The notes: generated by a model from the sequence alone, not told the origin. DNA of 64,000 bases from Tubulanus polymorphus (GCF_964204645.1 NC_134025.1:7006001-7070000), one strand, 5' to 3'; counted from the first letter of the stretch, positions 21,994 through 43,200 are shown. Numbers and translations are program-made.

Positions 21994-23258
21994 TTATGTT
22001 GACCAGTGGAGAGTTCGCGCTTCAAAGTAGTCCATCGTTTTTTTATAAAAAAGAAATGTTATGGCATTAGTTGGAATGGCACGCAGTGCTACAGAAATTC
22101 CACCACGCATGAAAACTTTTAAGCCATCTTCCTTGTAGCTTTTTTGCACGCAATCGATGAAGCCTTTATATCGGATGTTGTGAATATCACTCTGAACACG
22201 GCTCTTAATGGTGTCAAATGGCAAACAAAACAACCAAGAAACCACTCCAGAAATCCCACCACCAACGAGGCCACCCATTATGCCTGAACTGTCGGAAAAG
22301 TGATGCTCATCTACCAAGTGATTCAGCCATTCATAGACAAATATGTAAACACCATAGGTAGGCACATCTCTCATAGCTTGAATATGAAATCCTCTAAAAA
22401 ATCCGCGTAATCCATGCTCGCGGTACAAATTAGCAATACATTCCCGCGGTCCCTTGAAGTAATCCATCTTTCCCACAACACTTGGTGATCCTAAAACACA
22501 ATAAGAATGATATGATATGATTTATTTTCTCCACAAAATATGAATGAGGTAAATATAGTGGGAATCCAAAAATCTATCAATGGCTAATTAGAATTATAAT
22601 CATAACCTTTAATTTGTGCTTGTAATGTCACTTTAATGACATCGCTTGGGCAACCCACAACCAATTGAGAAGCTCCAGCAACTGACCCCGCAAGAAAGAT
22701 GTCTGAATAAGAAGCACTCTTGTGGCCTCGGAGCTCAGTGAATTTACGTAATGTGTTGCCATACACTCCAAAATATATTGTATTGATGAGAAAACCATTG
22801 CCAACCAGTGGGAAACTTAAACCACGCATAAATCCTGATTTCTGAAAAAGTTGCGTTATTTTGAAAGAAATTTAATCAGTTTATCTAAATATGATGAAAA
22901 TTAACCTGAATAAAGCTTATACTTATAAAGAGAACTTACAACACCAGCCCTCCAAACAGTCTTAATGCAGCCCCAGTTCCCAACATGCTTGTGAGTTTGC
23001 AACTGCACCTATAATATTAAAATAAACACATTTAACCTCTGGCTGCCAATACTATATAAATCATTCCAAGCCGAACCTGAAACACTTACTTTCACTGTGT
23101 CAAATGGATGTCCCACAATTATTCCAGCTGTGCCTGCAGAGGTGTAAAAGCGGAGATATGCCACAATTTTGGAAATAAAGCATATTTGGACTAGTGATTT
23201 GAAAAGCCTTACCTCCAATTGCACCAGCAATGTAATCGTGCAGTAAATTATTCGACAT
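21994..23258 (-). CDS. Mitochondrial carrier, SLC25A45-like (SLC25A45/47/48 clade), 5 coding exons
   Basis: MSNNLLHDYIAGAIG|GTAGIIVGHPFDTVK|VQLQ. Three Px[DE]xxK signatures (PFDTVK, PSDVIK, PFDTIK), plus MRGLSFPL, RDVPTYG and RAIPTNA. Confidence 0.88.
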
Positions 23259-23977
23259 GTCTCACAAGAAAGAATGCTGAAATAAGATGACGATAATTGT
23301 GGGTAGATTGTTAAATTGCCCGCAGTCCCGCACCGCGAATCATAAATTGCATTATTAGCCAGCAAGTGCTGCCACGCCCGGCCATGACGGGCAGTTATTT
23401 TGACAATCGTGTAATTCCAAGCATAAATTGCGGCTGCTACACACATTTGTATTCCCTGCAAATTTCGTATTAGATTTTGAGTTCTACTTTCAATGATTGC
23501 AAAGGCAAAACTAATGGAATGGAACTTGTACCTGGGAGACCGGCGACCGCCGCCCCGCGTCACTGTCACAAATGACTAGTCTAAAGTGCAAAGTCCACGG
23601 CCGTATTTTTAGGGCGGTATGATCTGGATGCATGTATTTGATGTTTCCAACAAGTGTTTATCAATAACTTCTATTTTCCTTTTAAATCTAAAATGTCTTG
23701 ATTTTTATTCTTAATTTACTGTTCAAAATAAGATTGTATGATGTTTTATATAACGAATAATGAAAATTTGTTTTGAGTCGAATTGAAGTGATTTAGTGAT
23801 CCCCAGCACCAACGCATGACCCCGGTGCTGAAACCCTTTAATTTACAACAGAAAATAAGAGGATAGAAGCGCTGAACACATGATGATAAGATCATATTTC
23901 TCTCTAAAATACACAAGCGTTTAATGTTTTGATTGACAAGAAAGCACGTGCGTTTGTTTACGTTTTCGAATATTCGT

Positions 23978-23986
23978 ACTTCCGGT
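23978..23986. promoter_or_regulatory. ETS/GABP-type motif (ACTTCCGG) in the divergent SLC25/MSK promoter
   Basis: Motif in CpG-rich sequence about 110 nt before the MSK ATG. The same motif occurs at ~38203 (CCGGAAGT, before SAYSD1) and ~47515 (COG2 intron 1). Confidence 0.4.
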
Positions 23987-24093
23987 TTGACGTGCATTGT
24001 GGGACGGAACTGCTGTGGATTGGGTCCAGGGAAAAACATCAAAACTCGACGCGTAACATCCGATTCTAGGGCTAATTTTGCACTAATTGCAAA

Positions 24094-31634
<7,541 letters not shown>

Positions 31635-33671
31635 TGACAGGTTTTGTGTTTAGTCAAAAATCTTACAAATTTTAGTCATCTCAATTATCAGTTGTTACGT
31701 TGTAGTAGTTTGTTGTTGGTGTTAAACTGGTGGAGAATGTGGAGAGCGCGTGTTAATCATCTCTCAATTTAGGAGTCAAATGTAAAAGCTGCGTGGTGAA
31801 CATCGATGGAAGTTTGCTATGGCAAATCATTTATACACTGTTACTGCGTTACGCAGTTTTCAATGAATTATTGTCACTAAAGTTTGTCGTTCAACTAGTG
31901 GCTGAAACTTTGACCAAAATATCAGTTACTAAATGTATACAAGTGGTTATTCTCGTCGTTAAGGGGTCTTTTTATCAGTGCTGGTTTATGTTGCGCTGTT
32001 GTGACTTCATTTGATGGTTCATTATAATACGATAATATTTTTTCGCATTTACACTAAACAAAGTAGAATTTCAAAATCATCTTAACGGAGACAATCACTG
32101 ATCACCAGTGTATGAAACGACGCAGTGTGCAGGACGTGTTATGGTTATGGATATTGATACGAACAGTGAAATGTCTGTAGACTTGAAATCTATTGAAGTA
32201 ATTTATGTTTTACATATATCTAGGTGTACGAGAAATGCGTATGTACCAATAGAAATATGTACATTTGAAATGTTGAAATCATGATGTTTTGATGGAAGAT
32301 TTTTTATGATTTATTGTCTTTTTAATTATTAATTTTTGAGTTTTTGATTCTCAGAGGTTGTAAAAATGCATGAGACATATTTGTGTGTAACAAGAGATCT
32401 TCTGCAGCTGGTTCGGGTGTCCTGCGTTTAAAATTTAGCTTCTATTTGAATGAACAAATAATTTTGATACGGTGCAGTCAAATCAAGCCTATATCTGTGG
32501 AACTGTAGCATAAACAAAAGATTGTAGTTAAAACTTAGTTCATTGCAGAATCTGCAATATCTAGGCAATCCTGTCAATTTTTTTTCATTGCAGTCACTGG
32601 TCTTTTTGAATGAGTTATTATTTAGCAATCTATTGTCTATTTATGATTCTGGTGGTTTTCCATTCTAAGAGAATATTTACTTAAAATGATATTTATAAGT
32701 ACTGATAGGTCTACATACACGCATACATATTCTATATCTTTGCTGTGCAGTTTTCTTTTTCTAGTTGCATCTAAAATTATGTAGAAGTTTGTTTCTGTGA
32801 TTGGGTATATACATATTCAAGCATTCAAAAGTAAATTATAAAACAATATTGCAGCCTCTAATAAACTTCATAATGATAATCGTTTATCATTAAGTTGAAT
32901 GAGTTGCGTGATTAGTGAGTACCGAGGTACTCTGGTGTATTTAAATGCGTGCGAGTAATTGTGGTCATAATTTATTATAAGAGATTTTTATTCGATTTGC
33001 ATGAAGAGTTTTTTTGTAAACATAGTTTTTAGCGGGACTGGTTTTTCTTCGCGTACGTGTGTCTTTTTTTGTGAAATATTTTTCTTAGAAATTCTATTCT
33101 GTTCAGATATTAGTTTAATTAATTTATCATCCCGAGGTCAATGGTCATATATTTGTTGCAATAAGGATTCGAGTAATGGGTTTATTATGAATGTTATATA
33201 GGTTTTGTTGAGGAGTGTAAAACCTTACTAGATAATCATGATCATAATTATCATCTCTGTTTACTTTCAGCTGAGAAACTTTGATATTTTCTCTTGATTT
33301 AATCTATGAGGTTTAAGACTTTTTATTCGTTCTGTGTTTGCTGCTATAATGATATATTCCAAATTCCTGGGGTCGGGTAACATTAACGAGGTCGGGTACC
33401 TCCTAAATCTGTCGAAAATTATCAAATATTTTGCAGCGCATTGATCTATATTATGATCAAATGAATATGGTGAAGAATTGCTTCCTGCTACTTTTAGTCA
33501 GTCCAAATGAATTTATTTATACTTTTGCAATAGTATTTTCATTTATAATCACTATTTAAGTGTATATGTGCGTATAAGATATATCGCAATTGTTTTTATA
33601 GTATTGTATTTAATTTATCTAAATTATTCTATCCTGATTCGTCCAATAAGTAATCATTTGATTACTACTGT

Positions 33672-33707
33672 CAAAAATTCATAAAGACTAGTCTTCGTGA
33701 ATTTTTG
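33672..33707. repeat. 36-bp palindrome flanked by a 7-bp direct repeat
   Basis: CAAAAATTCATAAAGACT|AGTCTTCGTGAATTTTTG (16/18 match) with CTACTGT on both sides. Confidence 0.75.
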
Positions 33708-34429
33708 CTACTGTTCATAGCAGTTTGATCTATCGTATATTTGTGTTTTGCATGCTTGTTATTTATATAACTAGAAAATGTAGGAACTTACCGATCATGC
33801 GCGAGACAATGGTTGAAGGATGTGAAAACTCTTGATCAATACGACCTCGTGCAGAAGCATGATATGATCTTAAATCGGTTTTGTGAATTGCGAAAGATCT
33901 GAGAATTGGGTGTGCTTGTCCTAATGTGATCTTACAGCAATAATGATTGATTTTGCGAATAATGAATTAAAAAATCCTTCGAATAAGCATATGACTAAAC
34001 ATTATTCCTCTGCTGTATTGTGTTCTATCTAGAAACCTAGAGTCCAATCCTTTGTGACTGTTGACTTTTTACACCCATGTCTAGTCCAATAATGTTTAAT
34101 GGCAATTTTTCGTTGTGAATGAAGTGTCTCAATAATTCGTAATTTCAATGGATCCATACAGACACCGACCATTTTAGATATTTTTCTGCAGAGATTTTAT
34201 CCTATTTGTCTCGGTTTTCAATTTCATTCAGAGCCGAGAAAATTAATCAGAGGTTTGTGTAAGCTGTGTATAATATTATTGTGTGAATTTTGTTAGAATA
34301 TTGTCATCGTCTAGTCTAATGGATATTTCACGAATTTGATCATATTTGCTTTGATAGTGAAATATTTTTGCCAAATGTCATCTCCTTTGTTAGTATGTCG
34401 TAACAAAAACTCAAAAATCAAATTGGCTT

Positions 34430-34514
34430 GGGCCCAGTTTCACAAAAACTTTGAGCTACTGCTCATTGTACTAAACCAAATATTTCTAGTTGGATTTTCT
34501 GTTAAACTGGGCCC
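34430..34514. mobile_element. Short MITE-like inverted-repeat element (Harbinger-like termini)
   Basis: GGGCCCAGTTTCACAAAAA ... TTTTCTGTTAAACTGGGCCC. Confidence 0.55.
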
Positions 34515-35566
34515 CAATTCCGTAGTCAAGACTTAATTGAAAATGGCCTTGACTGTCGAACCAGTCTCTGGTCTCGTTATAATAATCATTATGCTTAGTA
34601 TAACTTTGGTTATTGTCTATTTAAAAAGCGTTAAGAGGGAATAAAAGAGTCTCGGGTAAAGTTGTGATGTTATTTAAGAAAAAAAGAAACAGTTGTTTTT
34701 AGATGAATAAGAAAAATGTTTTATATTGCATGATATAATTGATAATGCAATATGGCACAGTTAAATAATGAGCATATTGTAAACTGCACGTTTTCTTGTC
34801 AGAAAACACTCCACAGTGTTGTTACTGATAAATCTATAATGAAAAAAGACATTAATATATTATGATGAAATAAAAAAAATATTGAATCGTAATTATTTTG
34901 CTTGTTGTTTTGTGGTATTGTTCATCTAGACCGTTGAATTACGCTTGCTGATCCGCGAAAAAAACAAGGAAATCTTATGATGATTGCAACTTATCTTGAG
35001 CAAGAACTAGCCCCAGCCATGACAGAGCATTGCCCCAGTTCTTGCCCGTATCAGGGAAATGAGAAACGGTATGTACTCCCGCCTTCTTTCCAAGATCTAT
35101 CCAACTTAAGGTAGTGGGAAAATACCATTTACCATCTCAGAAATGGTGCCGAAAATTCAATAGGTTGTCCTATATACGTAGTGAATGCCCCAGTGAACTA
35201 TAAAATGAAGATAAGTTATTTAGAATCGAAAGTCCAATGACGAAAGTACCCAATGAACGTGTGTCACGTTTGATAATTGTCCATATGTACTGGATATAAG
35301 AGAACTGATTTGTAGCTTTAAACTGACCTCGTTATTAATGGAATTTCAGAACAGAACTCTCAAGGTATTCGGAAATATTAACCAATATGTTTATTTCTAA
35401 ATCAGGTACCTGGTATGTACAATGATACGGTGTATTTGGGATTTCGATTAGGTTTAATAAGAAACGTGGCAAAAGTCTTCGAAGTATTAATTGCATTCCA
35501 TAAATTGTGCGCTTTTATATGTCAATTGAGGTTCATGTCAGAAATGTAGACTGATTAGCGATGCTT

Positions 35567-37770
35567 TTACTTATTTTCGCTGATTTTCCAATCATTTCCC
35601 ATAATGCGTTTGATGGCTTCTTCAGTTCCGACTTTAATCAGCATTTTCTGTACGATAGCATTACCGGCCGCACTGAGCTGATCGGTCTGTAACTCAACCG
35701 CATCGTTGATCCGCTCCACATTATTACTACTAACTTTCAGCTGCTTCGACAATACGGCTGCTGCTGGGACTCGCCGTTCATTGGCTTGGGCGTCGCGTAC
35801 GACTTGCAGCATAGATTCCAGAGATCGAAGTTTCGAGAGGAGCACTTGATAGACATCTTCATTGCGAGCAAACTGACCAGACTTCATCATCGTCACAACG
35901 TCTCGTCGGAATCCGAATTCTTTCGCCAAGGATGGTTGACCGTAAACTTCTCTGAATACTTGAATGACGTGCTCGTGGCAGAGTGCCATAAGGGTCAATT
36001 CATTTTCATCGGAACATAATTCTGAAGTTGCCAAAAACAAAAGGCAGCCTATTACCCGAGATTGGTCCAGGACAACTTCCATCGCCGGTAAAACGTCCAT
36101 TAACCGCTGACGTTTAAGATGTTTCGCTTGCGTCTTTTTCGGCGAGTCGTCAATTTTCACAAAACCAATAAACGCCATTACTAATGCACATATCAAGGAA
36201 AAGTCGCACTCTGGGCGGCTACTTACCAGACGTACAACTTTATGTATTTTTTCGGAAGGGTACAAATCTAAGAACAGATCGCAATATGTGTAGAGTCTCT
36301 TCGATAACGCGAATTTGAGAGCTAATATCGCATCTTGTATTCCATTCGGATCACTCAGAATAACCAATGGCTTCTGATTTCGCCAGGGTCGTTTGGTTAC
36401 AGGGAATGAGATAACGGGTCTGACACTTGAAGTTTTTCTCTTCTTGTTCGCAGTTATATCTCGATTCTTCGGACTGCGTGACGATGATCTTTTCTTCGAA
36501 CGGTTATTGGCATTGCTCGTTTCAGAACAGCATGCAGTGACGTCATCAGGGAATTTTCGAGTTTGTTGAACATTTTTGCGGCGATGATTTGGTGATACAC
36601 CACAGGGTGCAGCTGGTGGTTTGTTGACGGTAGATTTTATCGGGACGGAAACAGACGATGGTCTCTGTAAAATGCTTGGTCGACGTCTTGGTGAAGGTGA
36701 CGTCAGTTTACGATCTACCTTCGTATCCCGAATTAGTTTTCTCGTCGAGGAAAGATCCAAAGGTGTTTCTTGACTGTTAGGCGTGAAATTGTTCTTCGCC
36801 AAAAATTCTTCAATTTCTTTTAATGTCATGACTTTGACAGTAGTTCTAGCGTTAGACGAGGTTTTACTGAACTTCTGTGACGTCGGTCTCGAAAATATTG
36901 ACTTCACGATGATTGGGCCTTTGTAGTTAAGGTCTCCTTTATTCGAATTACAATCTCTTTGGCAGGTACGGGTACCCATATTACTCATCGTTGTGCTGCA
37001 GAGGCCGTTTCTTTGACTGGTAGCTGATGAGGAGCTGCACGATGACGCATTCGAAAGTTTGCTGGAATCGGAATGCGTCAGACGATATGGAGTGTTGTGC
37101 TGTCTTGGACCAATACCATGCGACAAATTAGTCAAATGGGAATACCAGGGCATCGTCATCCAGTTGTGGCAGCCAGCATTGATTGTTTGCTGGTTGCAGT
37201 TCGAGCAACGGCCATTATGACAAAGGTCTGCACAAGAACGTTGGAAATAACTGTAAGTACCGGTACCACAAAAAGTGCTGTCACTGCAATAGTTTTGATG
37301 ACATCTACATGTCGGCATGATATGCCTACCGGTACCACCGCTATCGGAATATGATACACTCAGAGCAACAGGTTTCTCATCGTAGATTTGATAACTTTCT
37401 CTCCCTGATTGTTCCATTTCCTCTTCTATAATGTAGGCCTATGCGTAACTAAAATAGAATCAGCCTAATTAAACTTCCTGCCAAACTGCGGTACCCAGAC
37501 TGAAGTCGAATGAAAATTTATCACATTAAGCACCTATAGGTCATTATGGGTTATTTTAAAATGCACGGTGTTCTCCATTTGGTTATAACTGATCGTAGAA
37601 GTTGGATATAGGCCTATTTTACTTCCATTTTACCAGGTTATCCAATTTTCAATCATTGCACTACCAAACATTGAAATATCCAACTCAAAGCCATGAAACG
37701 TGATGGATTTTATGAATTGATTTGCAAAATTGGTCCTTTTAGGCCTACCTTGTGGAGAAAATCGTAGCAT
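35567..37770 (-). CDS. Uncharacterised ~626-aa probably nuclear protein with a PLDLS (CtBP-binding) motif
   Basis: 616-codon open exon (acceptor AG before 37425). An in-phase first coding exon 37770-37749 gives MLRFSPQ|EEEMEQSG. Cys-rich N-terminus, ETPLDLSS, basic NLS-like runs (KKRSS, KKRK) and a helical C-terminal region. Confidence 0.8.
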
Positions 37771-38245
37771 TATTCGATAACGATACTATTATCAACTGTT
37801 TCTTTATAAAATCGGCAATTCAAACGACTGATACTGTTGCAAACTTATTGTTGTCATTTTTGTTTGTTTGTAATTTTTTCGACAGGTGCACGGTATTTGA
37901 TCCAAGGACTGATTTATTTGACCGTCGACATTTTTTCTTTACTAGCGGGACCGTTTACTTATCGGATCATAAAACCAAGTCTCATCTGATCATTTGGTAT
38001 TTGTTTTGGGTACAGGAGAATATCGCCTTTAAATTCCACGTGGCTTTTTCTTTTATTAACGCGTTTAACTTTTCGGTGGATCAGTTGTACTCCGGCGCCC
38101 GCCTGCGCTCCCAATATCGAGTCGAAAGACTCTGGCAACGGAGGGGAAATAAAACATTACAGCCGCAACCAACGATTTTATTAAGATATAGTTGACGTAA
38201 ACCCGGAAGTAAACAAAATTAGGCTAATTCATTGTCACGAACTAA

Positions 38246-39051
38246 ATGAATTCAATTGAACAGCAATTAAGAGAATACAGAGCCAGGAAATCGAAAGAGA
38301 AATTCTCGGCAAATCATAATGTGGGAAATTTGATATCAAGATCAATAAGCCTGGTGAGCTAAAAACTGCAAAAAGCCACCAAAACTTATTTAGGCCTAGA
38401 GGCACAGGGTCAGGGACCTGACACAATGATTTTGACCCCAGTATCCTAGGTACTGTATATAAAAAGACTTTTTATATAGGCCTATAGTACCTAGGATACT
38501 GGGGTCAAAATCTTTTTGTGTCAAGTCCCTGTGGCCTTAGGAGCAAAAGTTTGAAAGGAAAATGATGATGATTGAGTTTTTTTAAACGTACATTTACATG
38601 AATTTATTAGTTTTTAATAATTTTTCTATTGCAGGTGAGATCCCAGTCACAAACACAGGATAAAGCAGCTAAAGAATGCAATGATGAAGAGGATGAATTT
38701 ACTTGCTCAAGTCCTCCACTTACTGGAGTTGGAAACACTATTGGTACTCCTCAAATCAGTGACAATCAAATTTCCAGATTCATTGACCGGCACCCTTACA
38801 CTCCTTTGATTTTGAAAACTTTACTCTGGTTGATGCTGTGGTTACTTTTCATCAGTTTAGAATTCGGTGCAGTCTACTTCGTTGTCTCGAGTTTGTTTGT
38901 GATCTATAGAACTATGCGAACAAAACCTCGGTCTCCTGGTGAACTGAGTGCATATTCTGTATTCAATCCTAATTGTGAACGTCTCGAAGGAACATTTACT
39001 GCTGAACAGTTTGAAAAAGAATTGCGTTATGGTGCTGGTTCCGTTCATTGA
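38246..39051 (+). CDS. SAYSD1: SAYSvFN motif domain-containing protein 1, 2 exons
   Basis: Exon 1 38246-38353 (MNSIEQQLREYRARK) and exon 2 38635-39051 with a hairpin TM segment, LEFGAVYF and GELSAYSVFNPNCERLEGTFTAEQFEKELRYG. Confidence 0.95.
38411..38531. repeat. Foldback inverted repeat in the SAYSD1 intron
   Basis: CAGGGACCTGACACAA..GATTTTGACCCCAGTATCCTAGGTACT pairs with AGTACCTAGGATACTGGGGTCAAAATC..TTGTGTCAAGTCCCTG. The inner palindrome is TATAAAAAG-A-CTTTTTATA. Confidence 0.9.
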
Positions 39052-39151
39052 ATGCGTTAATTTGGTGTCATTGGTATCCAGTACTTATCTTTAAAAACCC
39101 ATCTTTTATCTATATAATGTGGAGGAACAGGCCGGCCAGTACACCCGAAAT

Positions 39152-39227
39152 CAGTTCCACAGTTGTGGGCTTAACAAGTGGAAAGTAACTAATTTGAACT
39201 CAAATTTGACCACCAACTGTAGAATTG
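39152..39227. mobile_element. Short degenerate inverted-repeat element in the SAYSD1 3' UTR
   Basis: CAGTTCCACAGTTG ... CAACTGTAGAATTG (12/14 inverted match). Confidence 0.4.
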
Positions 39228-40287
39228 GAATCTATTTTTAGATCTGAAGTTATGAAGCAGCTATCAAATAATATAGAATGAATTCTTGCTAGAAGACTCA
39301 TATTGTTTAACATCTCATTTTCTATGCATTTGTTATGGTACTACTTATATTTTATGGTCAAGGTTTGATTTTCATTTCAAAGTGTTTGTTAGTGAATAGA
39401 AAGTGAATATTATTCTCTTATACATGCTTCATTTAAGTTTTGTCGTTAAGAGAACTGGTTATCTGTTACGGATTCTGAAGTAAAGTTCCATGTAGCACTT
39501 GCTAACCCAAGCATATTTCAACTGGGTTTGGCAAAAAGTTGGTCATTACAACATGCACCCGATTTAGGCAAACCCCTGCTGCATGAGGATAGACAGCAAG
39601 ATGAGGGATATGCTTAGCTTTGAAAGATAAGAGTTCAAATATACTTGACAAAAATCAAAATTCATACCATACAAGTCTTAGATTATCCCTTTATTTCACA
39701 TATCGAAAATAATTTAATAAATACATTATACATAAAAGATAATTTACAATGAATCTTGACTATACATAATTCTATTTACATATAGAATACAGTTATTTCT
39801 CAATCCAAAGAGGAAAGAAGTTCCTTTACGACCTACTTAGTTTACATATAATTTTTTCGTAAGAAATGGAATCAATGTCACCATACCTGAATAATTTTCA
39901 GCGTGAGATGTTCCATTCATGTGAATGAAAACACAAAAGAACAAATGAAAATGATTGGTTGCGCTAGCAAATTTACTGCAGCTTTAATAAAATACAACAT
40001 ACATAGAGCCAACAGTTGTGTATCTATTGACTTAAAGATGTACAAATAAAAAATAATAATGTCACAAAAAAGGGCAATACCCAATGACATAAAAGCTGTC
40101 ATCTCATTTTCAGACTTACATTGAATCAAAATCTATTCTGTGTCCTCGATTGAAGACATTTCCAACAACAAATCAACTAACAATAACCGAATAACCCACG
40201 ATTATCAGGGCATTCACCGAGTCCTAGATTCCGGATAAAGATCTACCGGTATAAGGAATTTAAATGGAGATGATTTAGTGGATATTA

Positions 40288-43200
40288 TCACGTATTCCCA
40301 GCATGAGATTCGGAGACAGTTTTCATTTCACTGTTATTATTGTTCCCCATGGTCGATGATGAGTTATTCGCAGATGCAGGTTTCGAGTCAGTGGCCAGCT
40401 CGCTTAATTTTTCATAAGATTCGATGTCATCTTTTGAGATACCTAAAGCTTCGATCTAAAATAAGCAAAGAAAACAAATCTTCAACGAGGAACTTTTTCG
40501 AACATTTTTGTCAACCTTTCATTATTCTGAGATTCGTAAACGCAACAAACCTGCTCTCCAAATTCTTTAATGTCTATCTTGAATTGTGTCCTGATCTTAT
40601 CATCATCGGTCATGCCTTGAGAAAGCGATGTTATTGAGCCACGAGCTTTCTTTAGACGCTTCAAACTGTCTTCCATTTTTCTCACGCTGGTCAGCACATC
40701 ATTCGTGATTGTATAATATCTACAAAAACATAGTGAGCACACGATCAGGAAAATGCTCCACAAAATAGGCGTCCAGGGACACCAGGCCCACTTGGCAAGT
40801 GGTCTCGAGATGCTCCACAATCTGACAATTTCAATACTCAACGTCCCCTGGTGAAACTGATGACCTTAAAACTTGGCACTATCATAGAATACGTCATAAC
40901 AGCTTTGCAATTAAATGTGGTCAACAAATACATACAGCTCCCAATAGAAATGGAAACACTACGTAAATATCACCATTCAATGCCCACTGGGGAAGTTATG
41001 CAAAAGCCAATGACCTTGAAAATAACCACAATCATAGAAAGTATCATGATCTACAACTTATGATTGTGATAACTTGAATCCCAAGTGGGCTAAAAAACTT
41101 TCATGGGACTAATGTCATCAATATTTTGACTACATTCCTATAAGAATTGCTGGTCCTACTTACTGACTAGTCAGATTCCGTAATATTTGTGTTATCCATA
41201 TCTTCTTGCGTTCAGTGCGAATGATATCTTTATGTTCATCGATAAAGCTATGAATTGGTTTCGCTATGCTAGAAACGTAAGGGGATGATTTTGTCGGCAC
41301 CTGAAAAATGAAACCTTCGTTGAGAAGAGGATTCATGACTTTACTGCCAGCTATGTAAAACTTTCGAATGGAGAATTCACCTCTCGGTTTGTTCGTCTGT
41401 ATAATCGAGGGATATCGCTAACTAGTTTCAGATGAATCGAGCACAAATTCGTGATTTCCAATACGATATAATCATCAAAGGGTTTTAACTGGTCACACAT
41501 GCTATTTTGTGAATCGGCAATGCTGCCTGAAAAGTAAGTATTGGCGCATTCATCAATATTACCATGAAAACTTTTTAGAAGAGCTCTTGTTTTTGAAATG
41601 TCATATTTTTTACCTTCGTATAAAGTTAGATCATCACAACCAATCTGAATCAGCTTAGGCTTGATGACTTCAGACAAAACTTCTGGTAACTAAAACTCAG
41701 AATGAGAAGCATGTACTTAACTGTTCACTTCGGCTTTGTTGACCCCATTTTGAAATAGCAAGTTTGAAAAATAAATCTTACCCGCTGTGAAAGATTCTCC
41801 GTATCAGTAATGAGTGTAATGATCTGTTGCATAGTTATACAAGTATGAAGCGGTTCAGCAGGATTCACTAATTCACTACTAGCTGGCTGATTTTCAATCT
41901 CATTTTGCTTGCTTTCTTTTTTCTCTTTTGCATCTGTTGCCATGAGCTGCAACGGAATATGTGTCATTCATATACAACAGGTTTCAGCAACAGTTCATGT
42001 AGCGTTAGTTAAATAAGTCAAACGGTAATCCTCCCAACTGGTCGGACTACAGGGTAGTTTACTGTAAGTATATTCAACCTCAGACATCTTACCTCTTTCT
42101 CTTGAAGTTCAGTGATCCAAGACGTGTACCTCGCCAGTATTTGCAGTGTTAGCTTCCAGAACTTTGGACAAAGAGGAGACAAATAGATGTGGTCTGACCA
42201 ACACAAGTGTAAAGATGACCACACGCTAGATGTAGATTGTAAATAAAATCCAGTATCTAGGAAAAAATTGTAGGAAAAATTGTAATACATACAGTCCACT
42301 GATTTAGATTATTAAGCACAGACCTGAAAGGGGCACACAGAATAAATCGGAACACATCTGAATAAAGTTGTCATGAAGAATATCAAACATGTCTCAATCG
42401 AGAGATTTATCATTCAGTTGTACTCTTCTGGTGGCAATGCATATATCTTTGTAAACAATAAAAGAACCACTCCTTAGGCAATGAGAACTCGACATGAGAC
42501 AGTGCTGCATTCTAGAGCACACATTGGAAACTATTTTAGTGGTGTGGCAGCTGAATATACAGGTACACTAAGGCTAAAATATAATGATACCTCGTTTCCC
42601 CCCAATCAGTCGGGTCATTTGGTAAACTGCAATTAATTTGTAATCAGTTCATCGATAACTGCAGGGTCTGTTATGGTAAGCTTGATCACGATTTAGAAAA
42701 AAAGGTTATGTACAGGGTAGATAGGTGGCCGGCTGGGTCAACTTTTTAAGCTGAGCAGATATGAGAAACAAGGTATCAATTTTTTTAGCCTAAATACTAC
42801 ATATATCATATCATGAATATTGAATATCATATTTCAGATCAATGATACTGTAATTTCAAAAGCCAAAAGCTATGATAATTACGGTAAAACTTCACTGTAT
42901 ATATGGAAATTCACTCGGCTTAAGGCAATAATAGACTAAATTTCAAGGTTGCATTTAAGTACTGTATTTTTGGTGCTATTGAAGTATCTAATTCCAATAA
43001 ATGGGATAATGAATGAAAATAGTAAACACTATCCTGAGGATTCGGTATGAAGTAGCTAGGAGCAGACTTGCAGGTATTCCTTTTTTAATCATATAAATAC
43101 ACATAACTATGATTCCCGGAAATTGTATATTTTAGAATTAACAGCGGGTGAAACTATTAAAGTACAAGCAAAACTTTGAACACAAGTGACATTCATACAT

